From the human T2T-CHM13v2.0 reference genome, Homo sapiens, in the NCBI RefSeq assembly GCF_009914755.1, contig NC_060932.1: a stretch of DNA of 64,000 nucleotides; one strand, given 5' to 3'. Shown here piece by piece: positions 48,760 to 64,000 of the stretch. The first letter of the stretch is position 1; each line of letters begins with the position of its first letter. The notes under the pieces were generated by a model. The model worked only from the letters and a program-made list of their open reading frames with translations. It had not been told where the DNA came from and did not search any database. Position numbers and translations under genes: made by a program.

Positions 48760-49390
48760 TCTATTTGTTCTTTAGCGTTATCTAATATTCATTTTCCTTT
48801 TCAGCATTATCTAAGTGTTCAGGGTGTCACTTTTAAATATTAATGTTTTTTAAAACTTGTGGAGGTTAAAGTCCTATGTAATCATAGAATTGCTGGAGAA
48901 TAGACTTCAAGCAATCAATTTTTCTTCTACTGTGATCACCTTCATATAGAAGACTTTGAATCAACATCCTTCTTCCTTTGTTCACCTCCAGTTCAGGAAA
49001 CATACTAATAAACTGCCAAATTATTTTTTACGAAGTCCTCAGAAGTAATGAAGAAACATAAGCAATGATCCAGGATTAACAATCATCTCATGCACAATGG
49101 AGATGATAGTATGATGTCATAGCTGAATAGATTCAAAAGATGAATATTACATTTTCTTATTTAATATCTGTGAGTATTTCAAAATATCAGTCACTCAGAG
49201 TCTTTCCAAACAATGGCATTGTTTGTTTTAAAGCAAACAAACCAATTAGCTCTTGTGGCTTGGGTTGCCATATATAGCCCAGAAACCAGGCTCAGGGCCA
49301 GACACCTTATAGGAGTTCAGTAAATATTGTTGAATTAATTAACTTAGAGTATTCCTAATGATAGGTATAAATATGAGTTTTCCTATGTAA

Positions 49391-49725
<335 letters not shown>

Positions 49726-50128
49726 TGAGCACTTACTATATGCCAGACTGCTCTTGGTGCTTTCCATGGGTGATCTCACTTAGTCTTTTCAGCAGCCTGA
49801 GGGCTAAGTACTATTGTTCTGTGTCATAGATGAGATAGCATAACGTTTACTGAGCACTTGCTACCTGTCAACCATCATGGTATGTGCTTTGGATGCAACC
49901 TTTGATTCCAACCCCCCAAAACTGTAATATAGCCTCTAGTACATGCCCATTTTACAGAGACCTAGATGAGGTAAACAACTTGACCAAGGCTACCCGTAAG
50001 GCTGGTACTTAAAGTTCTAGGGGAAAAACAGGTCTTGCTTTAGAGATGAAGCCATAGGAGGTTGGAGAGTTTGTTCAGCAGCACACTCCTTCTTAGGTAG
50101 GTTTCACTTTTTTCCAAAGCACAGTTCA

Positions 50129-50427
<299 letters not shown>

Positions 50428-50843
50428 CATTCATTGAGCACCTACAGTAAGTGCCAAGTTCTGTGCTTTTTGCTGAATACAGATGGGAGTGAGCCTGGCC
50501 AAGTGTCTGCAGAGGGCAGGCCTTCCAGTGAGCTCGCTAAAGATTGGGAGGTGGCAGTGAGTGGATCATGGTGGCAAGTACTCTGAAATGCATGGTTCTC
50601 AGACACCTGTAGTGAGAAAAGTGGTATCCACCCACATTCTTTCTCACCTGGAGCACATGCCATGTTTCACATCAGGTCAAAGGTAACAGATTAGAGGGGA
50701 CTGCGTTTGACCAATGCCAGGAAAAGGCTTTATATAACCATACAGAATTGCAAAGCCAATCATTTTGTGGGGGGTTCCCCTGTAATAGTAATGATGATGT
50801 GAATTTTGTTTGGATTTTTTCTTGTGTGTTTGGAATGCACTAA

Positions 50844-51005
<162 letters not shown>

Positions 51006-52943
51006 TGAAGGAGTTATTGTTCCAGGGAGAAGGAATTTCTGTTGAATGTTTCCCAGCAGCGGTTATGAGAAAAAGACCTTCCACAATACAATTCTTGGAG
51101 ATAGTAATAGGACATTCACATGGATTGTGTGTACGTGTTGAGTTTTGACCTGGATATCATCTTCTATAAACCAAGTCAACCTCTTTATGTTCATTTCATA
51201 AGTCATAGAAACAGTGCAGCTGAATCAATCACTTTCTCAGCATTTGGGAGAGGCAGTTCCATGCTATGTAAGCACAGCAGCTTTTAAATGATGCGTATGT
51301 TTTATTTAAGTTACGAATCGAATGTATGGATACTTTTAAGTCCTCTGTATTCTTGAAAACAGAGGAACTATGTCACTTTCCTGCTCCTCTTCTCGCTCCT
51401 TCTTGTTGGATGTGCCATCAGGATTCTGTGAAATATTCATTTGTACTATTTTTAGTACTAGCCTAGGAGTTGCCTGTTTATTTACTTTGGAATCACATGT
51501 TTCCTGAAGTGTATTTAAGAGCAGAAGCAAGTTATCCAGAAGCCCCACAATGTGCCCAAAATATCAAGGAAATGCACACTTGAATGATGCCAGCTGCTGG
51601 CTTTTACTAGTTTCATTGTGTCCATTAGTAATGTTCAGCAGTTTGCTTGCTTGTTTCTCAGTATTGGCAATCGGTGGTTTCATGAAGCCCAGTGTATGTA
51701 GCAAAAGAGATTTATAGAAGTTCTAGAGAAGACTGGTCCCTATAGTCTTCCTTTTTCACTCCCACTTCTTCCCTCACACCCTCTTTTAGTTAGGAAATTG
51801 CTACGGCCTTCTTGGGAATACGAGATCCAAGGAATGCATGAGTACAGAGGTGAAGCACCTCACCTAAGGTAGGGCTGGACACAGGTTCTGTAATAGAGCA
51901 TCGTGGGCTAAGCTGGCATTCAGCACCTGGAGACTGGAGTTTGTGTTCTGGCTCTGCCACTCGATAGCTATACCGCTTCCATTTCAGAAGCCCTTTGCCT
52001 ATTTGGGCTACTTTATTCACCTGTAAAACAGAATGGTAATTCCTGCTTTAAGGAGATGTTGTTGAGAGTCACATCAGACACAGATGTTGTTGTGTCACAT
52101 GCTTGGCACGGACACAAGCACCTCAGAGCCTGCTGGTGGAAGCTGGGAAAACCCAAGGGAGGGCAATGCCTATCCTTCCAGTAAAGGTGTGTGATGGGTG
52201 AGTCACACTGCTCAGGCATCCTCTCCACCTCCGGGACTTGGCAAGCCTAACAGGTTCCTCATCTGAGTTGGAAATTCAAGTGTGCCCTGAAATGCCAACA
52301 TCTAATAAGAAAGAAGCATAATTGCTGTGGTGGAACAGAGGGGCAAGGAAAGGACCCAGCAGCCCTGCCTTTTTAGCCCTGTCCTCAAAGTCTATGCTGG
52401 CCCCTGGGAGGCTCCATGGGATTCCAAGGTTTCCAGAACTATAGTTTGAAAACCACCTCTCTGCAGTAAGAGGAATAGGTGGGGTTGGGCACAGCTCTAG
52501 AACCCGTGTAGAAAACAGATCAGGAAATGGAGAAAGCAGAAGTCTGATAAACTTGGGCCATACTTACACGGATCAATGAGGCCCTCTACTCAGGTGGTGA
52601 TTTGGGTGTCCCCATGGGTCAAGAGACTTGAGGAGTGTAACAAAGGTTTGTCACACTTGTACAGGGCTATGGAACATCGGGACACATGGCCTGGAGGGCC
52701 TGAGTGGTCACAGCCGTTCCATCTGCTGGGGGTCTGATCTGTACCCACAGTTCTTTAGAGTAGAAGTTACACACATTGGGTATGTACTGTACCCGGAGAA
52801 TGACTTTATTTTGTCACATGGGTATTTTGTATTGGGTTTTGCATGGCTTATCTTGTAAGACTTTATCTTGACATAGTCAAAGCTTTTAAGGTCCAAGTCA
52901 AAGCCTCTATGCTGAGTCTTTAATTTAGTGAATTACTACCATT

Positions 52944-52995
52944 ACCTCGAAAAGTAATTTTTCTAACCTCGAAGAGTAATTTTTCTAACCTAGAA
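52944..52995. repeat. 22-bp tandem duplication
   Basis: ACCTCGAA(A/G)AGTAATTTTTCTA x2 plus a partial third copy. Confidence 0.85.
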
Positions 52996-54947
52996 ATGAA
53001 TAGGGGGAGAAGCTACTTTCTAGACCTTCATAGCTTACGAGGAAGATTACCACAGAGCCTGGCATTGACTGTGACTGTTGTGCTGTGGATTCCAGGGGGC
53101 TTCAGTTGACTCTCCTGTCAACTGATGGGGCTGAGCCCCCTCGGTGACAGGAGGGCCTGGGGGCAATCAAGGTCGGCACCAGTGGTCTCCATCCAAGCCA
53201 GTTTACCAAATCCAGCCCGTGCCAGGTGAACTCATGTTCACAGGTCCAGGGTCTCTTTCCTAGCAGTGGCCCCTTGGTGGAACCCATAGTTCATCTGGCT
53301 CAAGTGCATGAACTGCTCAGTGTCACTGGGAGAGTCACGGGTCAGCAGCAGCCGGCAGGACCCTAAGTATGTTCATTCAGCACAAAATTCATTTTCCTTA
53401 CAACTAAGCACTGGCTCCATTTGAGTTCATCTTTGCTCAAGCTGCAAACCTCACTCAGACTCTTTCCCAGCCCTTCCCTCAAGGTGGCGCTGGTGAGACC
53501 ACCTGGTCTCCATCCTTAATCATTATCTGCTTCTTGTACCTGTGGCTTTTCTTATTATAATACAGATAATTTGAGAAAGGGGTCTTACCCTTGGCAACAA
53601 GGAGTAGGGCCTGTACGCTTCAGCTTCAGCCTGAAATCCCATACCTTCCACTTCTAGTTTCTGCTCACTGCGCCTGCTCCCTCGTCCCCCTGGGATGCCC
53701 TCACTGATGACCACTGCTACCCAGCGCTCCTCCTCCTCCTTCACACACCTTTCTGAAATGATCTGTCTGTGCCAAGAAGGCCATCTCTGCATTATCTTAC
53801 CTTTCCTTCTCTATCATGTGCCACTAATTAAATCTATCACTTTTCCATAGTGCATAACATGACAATAGAATTATTATTAAAGCTGCCCCACGGTGACAGA
53901 GATCCCTGGGGCCCAGATACTTCGATAATCCAACCTTTTCTATACCTTCCCCCCACTTTACTATTTAGGGTGGAAATTTAGGGATAAAGCAGAAGAGGAA
54001 TTACAGAAGTCCATTTGCTGTGTCAGCTCTAACTAAACAGTTAGTAGGCTGTGCGATAATGATGCGACTTGCTGTCTTCCATAACCGTTGTCAATAGCGT
54101 CAGAGTTGGGAAATTGAATGTTCACAAGGGGTGGTTAAATTCAGCAGATTGTCACAATGAGAGATTGGTCATTGGGAGTAGAAATAACCCAGTTTACTTA
54201 ATCCTAGCCCTAGAAGAATAAGGGAAACTGTGAGGGGCAGAGTTGGGACTTTTCCCACCATCTGTATCTGGCCTCTTCTTCCCGCTCCCCACTACCCACT
54301 TCCCCATGCCCTACTCTCCCCTCCGCATTCCCCTGTCACCCATTGAGACAGAAAGTGGCTAAGTGCACGTGACAGCCTCACAGTTCATGTGAGAGCTGAT
54401 TTCATCACTTCCTGTCTCAGAATGAGTTCTGAAAGACTTGTCTGAGCTCAAGTGTAATAATCCACACTCTCCAACCATCCATAGCCCATTCAACATAGAT
54501 CAAGAAATCCTGACTACAGCAGCTTTACCCACTGCTTTTCTCTTTGTATTAAATTAAGCAATTTAGTGCTTTTTGTGCTGAAATAGGAAAATACCTCTTT
54601 GGAAAGGAAGTTTGATACTTTCAGAGCAGAGAGACTTTGCATAATTCCCTTGGCTTTTAGGCCCTATGTCAGAGAAGAAAAATGAACTTGGAAAGAAAAG
54701 GGGTTAAAACCAGTGGGGATTTCCTTCACCAGAAGCTGAGATGGAGTCATAGACATGTCAAACTGAGAGGAAAAAGCAGTGAAAAATTTACAGTTGCAGT
54801 TTGGAGAGCAAATAAATCATCTTGTAATTCAGACCAAGTGAATCAAAGCATTTATTACTCTTTGGTGGCGGTATCTCTGAAGTGCAAAAATTACTAAAAA
54901 TGGAACAATTGTTTGTGAGTTAAATGTCAGTAAAAACTGCAAAATCA

Positions 54948-55092
54948 AGCCAAACAAAGTGGCATGCACCTATTGTCTCAGCTACTTGGGAGGCTGAAAT
55001 GGGAGGATTGCTTGAGGCCAGAAGTTCAGGACCAGCCTGGACAATGTGGCAAGAATCTGTCTCTTTAAAACAAAACAAAGCAAAACAAAAAA
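54948..55092 (+). mobile_element. Alu monomer (FLAM/FRAM-like)
   Basis: Single diverged arm with (CAAAA)n tail; TSD-like TGCAAAATCA. Confidence 0.78.
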
Positions 55093-57282
55093 CTTGCAAA
55101 ATCAGAGTTGTTGTAATTATCATGGCAACAAGTAACATTTATTTTAGCTTCTTCTGGTTGATACAGCACTTCTACCTCCATTATCTAATTTGAGCCCAAC
55201 AGCCTTGAAAGCATATATTTTGTTGTTTAGTACCTCTTACAGATAACGAGGTGAACTTGGACTTGGCCAAGGTTACTGAGCTAGTATGCGGAATTGCTGG
55301 GACTTGATCCAGGGACTTCTGACTCAAGATAACTGATTCTTTCCTCTGCAGCCTGCTGTTGTCTCATGGTTACAGTTGCTGTTATGGTCATTTTGCACTC
55401 AACCCTACTGTGATATGCATTTTCCCCGTTATGGATTTTGACCATCAAAATTAATGTTTTCTTTAGCTTTTTCCACTTCAAAAGTCTTTATTGCCAAGAT
55501 GGAGGTTATGCTCAAGGTATATTTTACCCCCAGTATTAAATTTAAAGCCACATTTTAAGGTGGAAATTGGTAAAATGAGGAAGGTAGGAAAACTCTATCT
55601 AGGAAGTTCTCGACCTTTTTGAGTAGGAGGGCCTTTTAACAGCAGAGCTTTCTGAGCACACCCTCATGGTTGTAGCTACTGAGTGAGAAAACAGTGTATA
55701 GATTGGGAAGCCCTTGTAATATCTCTTGGTTGAAACTCACCAGTATGTTGGTCGTAAATCAGGCTTGAAGGGTCTAGAGGGGGAAGTTCTTGGGAAGTTT
55801 CTAGAATATTTGCCAATATCATCCAAAGTGGGTCTCTTCTTCTGTCTCTTTGTCTGGAACGTAAGAGATGTGTTAGACGCTCATATTCCACCTCAAGGCT
55901 ATTATCCCAGTGAATCAACTGCTTTATCTTCAAAGCCTTGATTAGTAACAACCTTTGATTGATAGCGTCCTCATGTTTAGTTCACTCAAGCTGGAGGGAG
56001 AGTTGCATTGAGATGTCGAGTCAGACGTGGTGGCAAGTGGAAGCCGCAGGTGATTGACATGGTTTGCGGTTTAACCAGGAGGCCAGATCCGCTCCCCACT
56101 CCATATATAATCTCCCCTCCACGTGGAAATTCTCATACATGACTCTTACTGAGGCCTACACATTCCCAATCGCTCTTTCAAGCACAAGAGGCTCCTTAGA
56201 GAGAAAAACAGCCAGCACTGAAGAAGGCATTCATGAATTTCATAGAGGAATCTGAGCCGGGTGCCGCTGTGGATTCAGGGGCCACATAGTGGTCAGGATG
56301 TGATGGTCCCTGAGTGGGCATTGCTTGGAGCTGATGCTTGGAAACCTCAGCTTTCTCAGTATACAAATGTTAACACAGCTGGTGGTTAGCTCTTTCTCAG
56401 AATTTGAGAAATGTTGCCATGATTTTGTAAATGGAGCCTAGATTATGCTAATGATGGAGAAATCACTGAGCCAAGAACCAGAAAACCTGCTTCTGCATGG
56501 GGAAAATCACTTTGTGGGCACCAGTGTCCTCGTCTGTGAGATGGGAGGCACAGGTTGGGTTTCCCACAGCCTCAGCTCTAATATTGCATGACTAAGGACA
56601 TCTCCTTTTATTTAGACTATCTATGTGAATCGTCACCAAAAGTTGCAACTAATGATTCTGAGGCTATACAGATGACATTGATATAAGATTTTAGCATTGC
56701 TCTAAATAAAGGAACACAAATATATCACTTTAATGCAGTACTTACATGTTGGGCACTTAAATGCTCTATTTATCTTTTTTGAATAATGAGTGTTATGTTT
56801 TCAGCTTAAACTTTGACCATGAAAACTTAGAAAATGGACAAATGAAACTAGTTACTGTCAGAATTGCAAAAGTGGATCATATGCAGTTTCCTTCTGAAAA
56901 AGCCAAAGGAATAGGAAACTGTCATTTAAAAATAGTATAAAACAGGAACTCTTTTTTTTTTTTGGTAAGGTGGGGGTGGGGCTGTTTTGCATATTTAAGC
57001 AAGAGGAATCATGACTGGCTGTTAAAATAGCAAATAAGGCAGAATTTATTTTTGCTTTAAATTTGATTGGGAAGCTTTGGGTTAGTGTATGGCAGAGGTG
57101 GTGGTGCTTTTGGCCTGCAGGCAAGATCTGTCTCTTATCTTAATGTTATTTTGACCAGGGGTGGCAATTTCTGGTGAGTGCTACCGTAAGTCACAAAATG
57201 CTATTCTCTTTGGGTACTCATCATGGAAGCTTGCAGGGCTAGAATTCAACTGAAGTGGTTTAGGAGTGGGCAGAGTTTATCA

Positions 57283-57636
<354 letters not shown>

Positions 57637-58014
57637 TCACTCACACAGCTATCCTGAGCACAGCCAGGCACTGTGTCAGGAGGGATGAGCAAACGGCACA
57701 TGGCATGGAGTGGGGGACAGGTGAGTTGCAGGCAAAGACAGGGTACAGCCCTGGGATATGGCAAGGGCTGTCAGAGCGGGCACCGCATGCTACTTTCAGA
57801 GTACATGGAGGAGGATGGAGCGTAGTAGGGTGGGCTAGCAGGTGGAAGGTGGGCTTCCTGGAGGAGGTCACCCTGAGAGCCAGGATTAGCCCTGCTAGCT
57901 TGGGAAGGGGTGTGGCTGCAGGGATGGGTCTTCAGTTGTAGGAACCTCGTGCATAAAGGCACAGAAAAGGAGTACACGGGGATGCAAGTGGGGGTATATG
58001 GAGAGAACAGCTTA

Positions 58015-58360
<346 letters not shown>

Positions 58361-58781
58361 CTAGACCGGTTCATTCTCAGTTGTGGAAGACTAAACTGTT
58401 TTGTAGATAACTCTGGTTTAAAAAATGTATCTGTACAAAATAAAAATGCTTGTACTCAGCAAATAGTTTCAACAGGACTTACAGTTTTACCCTTTTAGTC
58501 AAAGTAGGCCTTTAAATCATTAGTGGATGCTTTTTGTATTTACTGTAATATGTATTCATGTTACCTCTGTTCTCCCCCAACACACCAGGGTGTTCTTTAT
58601 AGAAATTGGTCTGTTTTGACTTTTGGAGAATCACAGAGTTCTCAGCTTTTCATGCTCCTAACATTTTGTTTTATTACTGTTTTTGTTGCTGTTTTTGTTT
58701 TGTTTTTTAAAACTGAGACCAGGAAGGGTGGGATGGAAAAGGAATGGGAGAGTTTGTGTTCTAGCCCAGAGCTCATCTCTG

Positions 58782-59089
58782 TCTGGCACAGTGGCTCATG
58801 CCTGTAATCCCAGCTCTTTGGGAGGCTGAAGTGGGAGGGTTGCCTGAGGCTGGGAGTTTGAGCCCAGCCTGGGCAACACAGTGAGACTCCTATCTCTACC
58901 AAAAAAAAAAAAAAAAAAAAATTAGCCAGGCCTGATGGTCGTGCCTGTAATCCCAGCTACTCAGGAGGCTGAGACGAGAGGATTGATCGAACCCGGGAAG
59001 TTGAGGCTCAAGTGAGCTATGATTACACCCACCGCCCTCCAGCCTAGGTGACAGAGCAAGACCCTGCCTCTAAAAAAACAAAACAAAAG
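58782..59089 (+). mobile_element. Alu (J-like)
   Basis: Sense Alu with a long middle A-run; TSD-like CAGAGCTC(A/G)TCTCT. Confidence 0.9.
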
Positions 59090-60150
59090 CAAACAGAGCT
59101 CGTCTCTAAAGGGTACACTCTGAAACGGACAGGACTTCTTCTGAGCTTTTTCAATACAGAGCTAGATTCTCAGGCCCTCTCCCCAACCCCTCACTAAAGC
59201 CAAGAAGCACCTGAAGGAGTTCAGCCCAAGTCTGGAGATACTTAAACCTCTCAACCAAGTGGCTTTCCTGGTGCTGTCCCTGAAGCAGGTGTGAGGCCTG
59301 AGTTATGAAACTGAGGTGGGTTGCCTGGGGATAATGGGGATCGACTGAGCATTTCAGCAGGAATGTGATAGGATGAGACCTGTGCTTTAAAAGTTGCCCC
59401 AGCCACCGTATACAAAAATGATTAGAAGGGGTGAAAGCTAGAGTCCAGGGATGAGGGAGGGAGGATGGGCCTGAGCGAGGTCAGTGTTGCCTATCACAGG
59501 CACATAGAAATAGAGAAGGAATGTGCATGGGGCAGCTGAGGACCGCCATTGCGGGCACGGGGTTGAGGTGGCTGATGAAATTAGTTTTGCTGTACTGGGT
59601 TTGAAGTGCCATGAAACATCAGCTAGAGATGGGCAGCTAGCGTGGACAGGCATTTTAGTATAGGGGTCTGGGGCTAGAGGCTTCAAGGAGGCTGGTGCTG
59701 CAGACAGTCATATAAATAGGGGTTGGATGAGGTCCCCTAGAGAGTGTGGGAAGGGGCAGAGGACAGCCCCAGACAGACCCTAAAGAAAGGGCTGAGAGGG
59801 ACAAGTCAGAGAGCAGGCTGGGGACACCAGAAGCACAGTGGCCTGTAAGGAGGAGGTGGGGTTGCAGCGCAGGCGACGGAGTTCTGACACGCAGTCAGAG
59901 AGCAGGGAAACTGCCACGGGACTTTGCGACAGGGAAGTCTTTGAGAACCTGGCTGGACCCTTCTCAGTGACATGGTTTGGGTGGAAGCCAAGCCCTTGGC
60001 CTCTCTCCCTCTTCCTGATCCCTAGAACCCTGTTCTCTGCCTGCACAGGCTCCTCCCTAGCCCTGGCTGACTCCTCTTCCTTTTTCTTTCTCCTCTGCTG
60101 CCGCTTTTCTCTCCATGCTTCCCTGACCGCTCAGCATGCCTCACTCTTGA

Positions 60151-60531
<381 letters not shown>

Positions 60532-61390
60532 TAAAATGAAATAAAATTACTGAGAGAGGAACTTAAATTATTGGTTTTTAAAAATATATGGTTTTGTAGA
60601 CTTCTGTAGAAACACAGCATTCTTCGCCTACCCTCGGAGCACGTGCTGTAGCTATGCATTTGTGTCTGTAGCTCTGCAGCTCGTGGGGCTTTGTGAAACA
60701 CAATGAGAAGCATCTAAAAACTGAGTCACCAAAAGTAGCCCTTGCCCCCATTTAAGACCGGTTTGACTGAAATGTGTATTCTGAGGTCAGTTTGGTGCCT
60801 GGAATGCATTCCCCAGGTTTCGCTGAGGTTCCCATCTCAGGCCTCCACCCAGCACAGCTCTGCAGATCTCACCCTGATTCAGCGTCACCCCAGGAAATGG
60901 TGTGTCTGGGCTCCTTGGTATGGTTTCTAAGGCAGCTCCTCTCTGCCAAGCAGCAGCCTGACACCCTGCCCAAGGCTCAGAGGGATGCCACAGCATCTCC
61001 GGGGCTGCCAGAGGGCCGCCCACCCTGGTGCGGAAGACCCCACCCGAGCTCCTGCCATAGTTGCTGCCTCCTGGCCTCTTCCCCTCCCCACATCAAGACC
61101 TGTTCCTTGGAGATGAGGCCTGCAGCTGACAGCCCTCCAGAGGCCCTGCCCCAGTAGGGCTCAGAGCCCATGTGCACAGGCAGCATTCCACCTAGGCAGG
61201 CCACAGTCCCCGGGAGGTGGCCACACAGGGTCCCCCTGAGCCATGGCTTTCTCAGCCAATGGTCTGCCCAGCCCTCCTCACTCATAATCAAGTCCTCTCA
61301 TTTCTTCTTCCAAAATAGATCTCCCTCCTCCAGGTCACCATTGTCTCTCATCTGCACTATTGCAGTTGCTGCTTTTTTTTTGTCTTTTTT

Positions 61391-61686
61391 GAGATGGGGT
61401 CTCACTATTTTATCCAGGCTGGAGTGCAGTGGCTATTCACAGGCATGATGCCACTACTCCTAAGCACAGGAGTTTTGACCTGCTCCGCTTCTGACCTGGG
61501 CCGGTTCACCCCTTCTTAACCAACCTAGAGGTCCTCCACTCCCAGGAGTCACCATATTGATTCCGAACTTAGTGCAGACACCGGATGGGCATAGCAAAGT
61601 GCAGCCCAGAGCTCCTGGGCTCAAGCCATCCTCCCACCTCAGACTCCCAAGTAGCTGGGATTACAGGCATACACCATCGTGCCCCA
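61391..61686 (-). pseudogene. Full-length 7SL (SRP RNA) retropseudogene, antisense in LYN intron 10
   Basis: The minus strand reads the Alu-domain 5' part, then S-domain sequence absent from Alus (CACTAAGTTCGGAATCAATATGGTGAC...GGGGTGAACCGGCCCAGGTC...GGAGCAGGTCAAAACTCC...GCCTGTGAATAGCCACTGCACTCCAGCCTGG), then an A-rich tail. TSD cagttgct(g/t)ctt at 61363-61374 and 61687-61698. Confidence 0.93.
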
Positions 61687-62676
61687 CAGTTGCTTCTTAA
61701 CTGGTGTTGTCCAGTTTGGCAAACAGAAGAAATTCAAGGTATACAGTCAAATTTGGATTTTGGATAAACACTAGCTTTTAACAGAAGGGTGCCCATGTCT
61801 TCCCAGGCAGCCCTGCTCCTAATGAGCCTCCCTCCTGTCTCTTTGGCTACCCTCTTTCCAGGCTCCACAAAGTAGGCAGGGACAATTGGATGCTTTTAAA
61901 ATTTTTGCCTTTTTAAAATTGTGGTGGTAAAATAAACACAAATTACACCATTTTAACCATGTCTAAGTTTATGGTTGTTGGCAGTAAGAACATTCACATT
62001 GTTGTGAAACCATCACCAACATCCACCTGCAGAACTCTTTCATCTTCCCAGACGGAAGCTCTTTGCCCACTCAATGCCAGCTCCCCGCGGCCGCTTGCTA
62101 GCCCCTGGCCACCCCCGTGCTGTTCTCGGTCTCTGTGAATCTTACAGACTGGATGGTTTTGCATCCCTGCTCAGCTCCGTTCAGTGGGTCCCCACCACAC
62201 CCAGAGAGACTCCCAACACCTGTGCATGTGACTGATTCCTCAGCACTGAGCCCACCACGCTCTTCCCTATCCCAGTGCCTCTCCAGAGCCCACTTCCTGG
62301 AAGCGCTCACCCTTTGTTCTGAGCCACACCACACCTCTTATCAACAGGCACCTTCCCTGACCTTCCTTCTGAAGCAGTTCCATCCCAACTCCTGCTTACT
62401 CCATTCTCCTCAGTCTCGGTCCCCGCCCATTTCTTCCATAGCGTGTACTGCAATTTGAATTTTTTGATAAGTTCTTCTTTACCTTTTTATCCCCAGCACT
62501 TGGTGCAGTGCCTTGTATATAGTAGATGCTCAAAAATGCTTGTTGGATGACTATACTGGCCACTTAAAATGGGGATTGACTATATTCCGTTTAAAACAAT
62601 AAATTCTTTATTCTCTGCTTCATACAGCTCTGAATGAGTAACTAGAAGAACATATTTTTTGTGTGTTTAAAAAAAT

Positions 62677-62804
62677 TGTTTTTAATATAGAGATAGGGTC
62701 TCACTACATTGTTTAGGCTGGTCTTGAACTCCTGAGTTCAAGCAGTCCTCCCACCTCGGCCTCCCAAAGTGCTGGGATTATAGGTGTGAGCCACCGTGCC
62801 CGGC
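62677..62804 (-). mobile_element. Alu monomer (FLAM-like)
   Basis: Single antisense left arm; TSD-like AGAACA. Confidence 0.83.
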
Positions 62805-63397
62805 CAGAACACATGCTTTTGAAAAGGTTTTCTGAGTCATTATTCAGGTGTATTTAACCATAAAGTATTTTCTTCTTCCCCTTCCTCTAACTAAAGGTTT
62901 ACTTTCCTGTACAAAACTTACTTCATTGGTTGAAATAAAAGTGAGAAAACAAGAAGGAAGTAGAATACAAGTATCTGGGCCTGTGGGAAAAACAAAGTGC
63001 AGCTTTGTTTTTCATTCCTTGTGGCATAAAGAACACCAGGAGGAATGAGAAATTATAAATGAAGTATTTGACATTGAAGCCAACGGCAGATGCATTCTGC
63101 TTAATTTGGAGGGAAAAAACCCCACAACTGAACAGGTTTGTCCTCCCCCAGTGTCATGCAGGGCCTCTCGTGGCCTCTCCCTGGGCGCTGAACAGAGCCC
63201 TTTCTCAGCACCTGTTGGCAGAGGTTGATGCTAGAGTTCCCAGGGTGATGGGCTGGCGGATTCTTAACAAAGTCAGGATTTCCAGCTCTTGTTCATTTTC
63301 CACCCAGCGCCCCCAGTGTCTGTAACATCATTATCTGGCAATGTTATATGTTACAGAGCCAACTACTTGCATGATTATTAAAATTACATTTATACTT

Positions 63398-63580
63398 CAG
63401 GTTGAGTATCTCTTATTCAAAATGCTTAGGTCCAGAAGTGCTTCAGATTTGGTTTTGTTTTTTTTTTAATCCTCAGATTTTTGAATATTTGCATTATACT
63501 TACTGATTAACCATTTCAAAAAGTTTTGAATCTTGGAGCAATATGGATTTTGGGTTTTTGGATTAGGTATGTTCAACCTG
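63398..63580. mobile_element. Tigger4/MER46-type TcMar-Tigger relic
   Basis: TIRs CAGGTTGAGTAT...TGTTCAACCTG followed by TA; internal AAAATGCTTAGGTCCAGAAGTG. Confidence 0.75.
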
Positions 63581-64000
63581 TAGTATTGTCAATGGAACCA
63601 ATGGTGTGCTGAGGTATTTTTGATGCATTACAAGGAGCTGTACGGCTTGATCTTCTTTTCCATTTCCAGACCTTCTACCTCCCCCACCCAGGACCCCCAG
63701 CTTTGGAGTCCACGCCATCAGACTGTGCCAGTCTGACTCACTTCACTGCTGTGGTCCTCGGATCCCCGAACACTCCTCCTTGCTGTGGTCAGCTCCGGCT
63801 GGCTTGCTGTTCCCAGCACAGCCCTGTCATCATTCCATCATTTGTAGCCATCCCCACCTTCAAATGCTGGCTTCTCTGTGTCTTGACTTCCTCCCCTCCA
63901 AGACTCTGTCCTCTCCCCTCGAGCCACTCTGCAGGCTGACCAATTCTGCTGCTCATTGCTTCATTTGATCGTTTCCACTTCAGCCATTGCCTCCCTTCTG

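Noticed and set aside
54355-54415. CACGTGAC E-box and ACTTCCTG ETS motif pair
   Set aside because: Two short motifs alone are within chance expectation for 64 kb.

Overview
Primate (most likely human) genomic DNA containing the middle of the LYN gene (Src-family tyrosine kinase) on the + strand. Nine coding exons (canonical exons 2-10) were found by hand, all with GT-AG junctions and consistent phases. They total 1050 nt (codons 1-350), covering SH4/unique, SH3, SH2 and the kinase domain up to ...LIDFSAQ. The LynA/LynB alternative 5' donor is in exon 2. The canonical first exon and the last coding exons lie outside the window. The rest is intron, with about 40 Alus, old L1 fragments, MIR/L2 remnants, a MaLR solo LTR, DNA-transposon relics, a full-length 7SL retropseudogene and tandem repeats. 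Almost all ORFs in the supplied track are Alu/L1/microsatellite artefacts. I see no convincing new multi-component biological system. The best leads are small-scale inferences: (1) a CpG-rich candidate alternative first exon whose last codon is an ATG that would create an overlapping uORF when spliced to exon 2; (2) an antisense Alu that is in frame and stop-free with kinase exon 9; (3) a 64-bp minisatellite amplified from an old L1; (4) a 65-bp A-tailed retro-insert of unidentified source; (5) a shortened MADE1 hairpin. Repeat boundaries and subfamily names are by eye and approximate.
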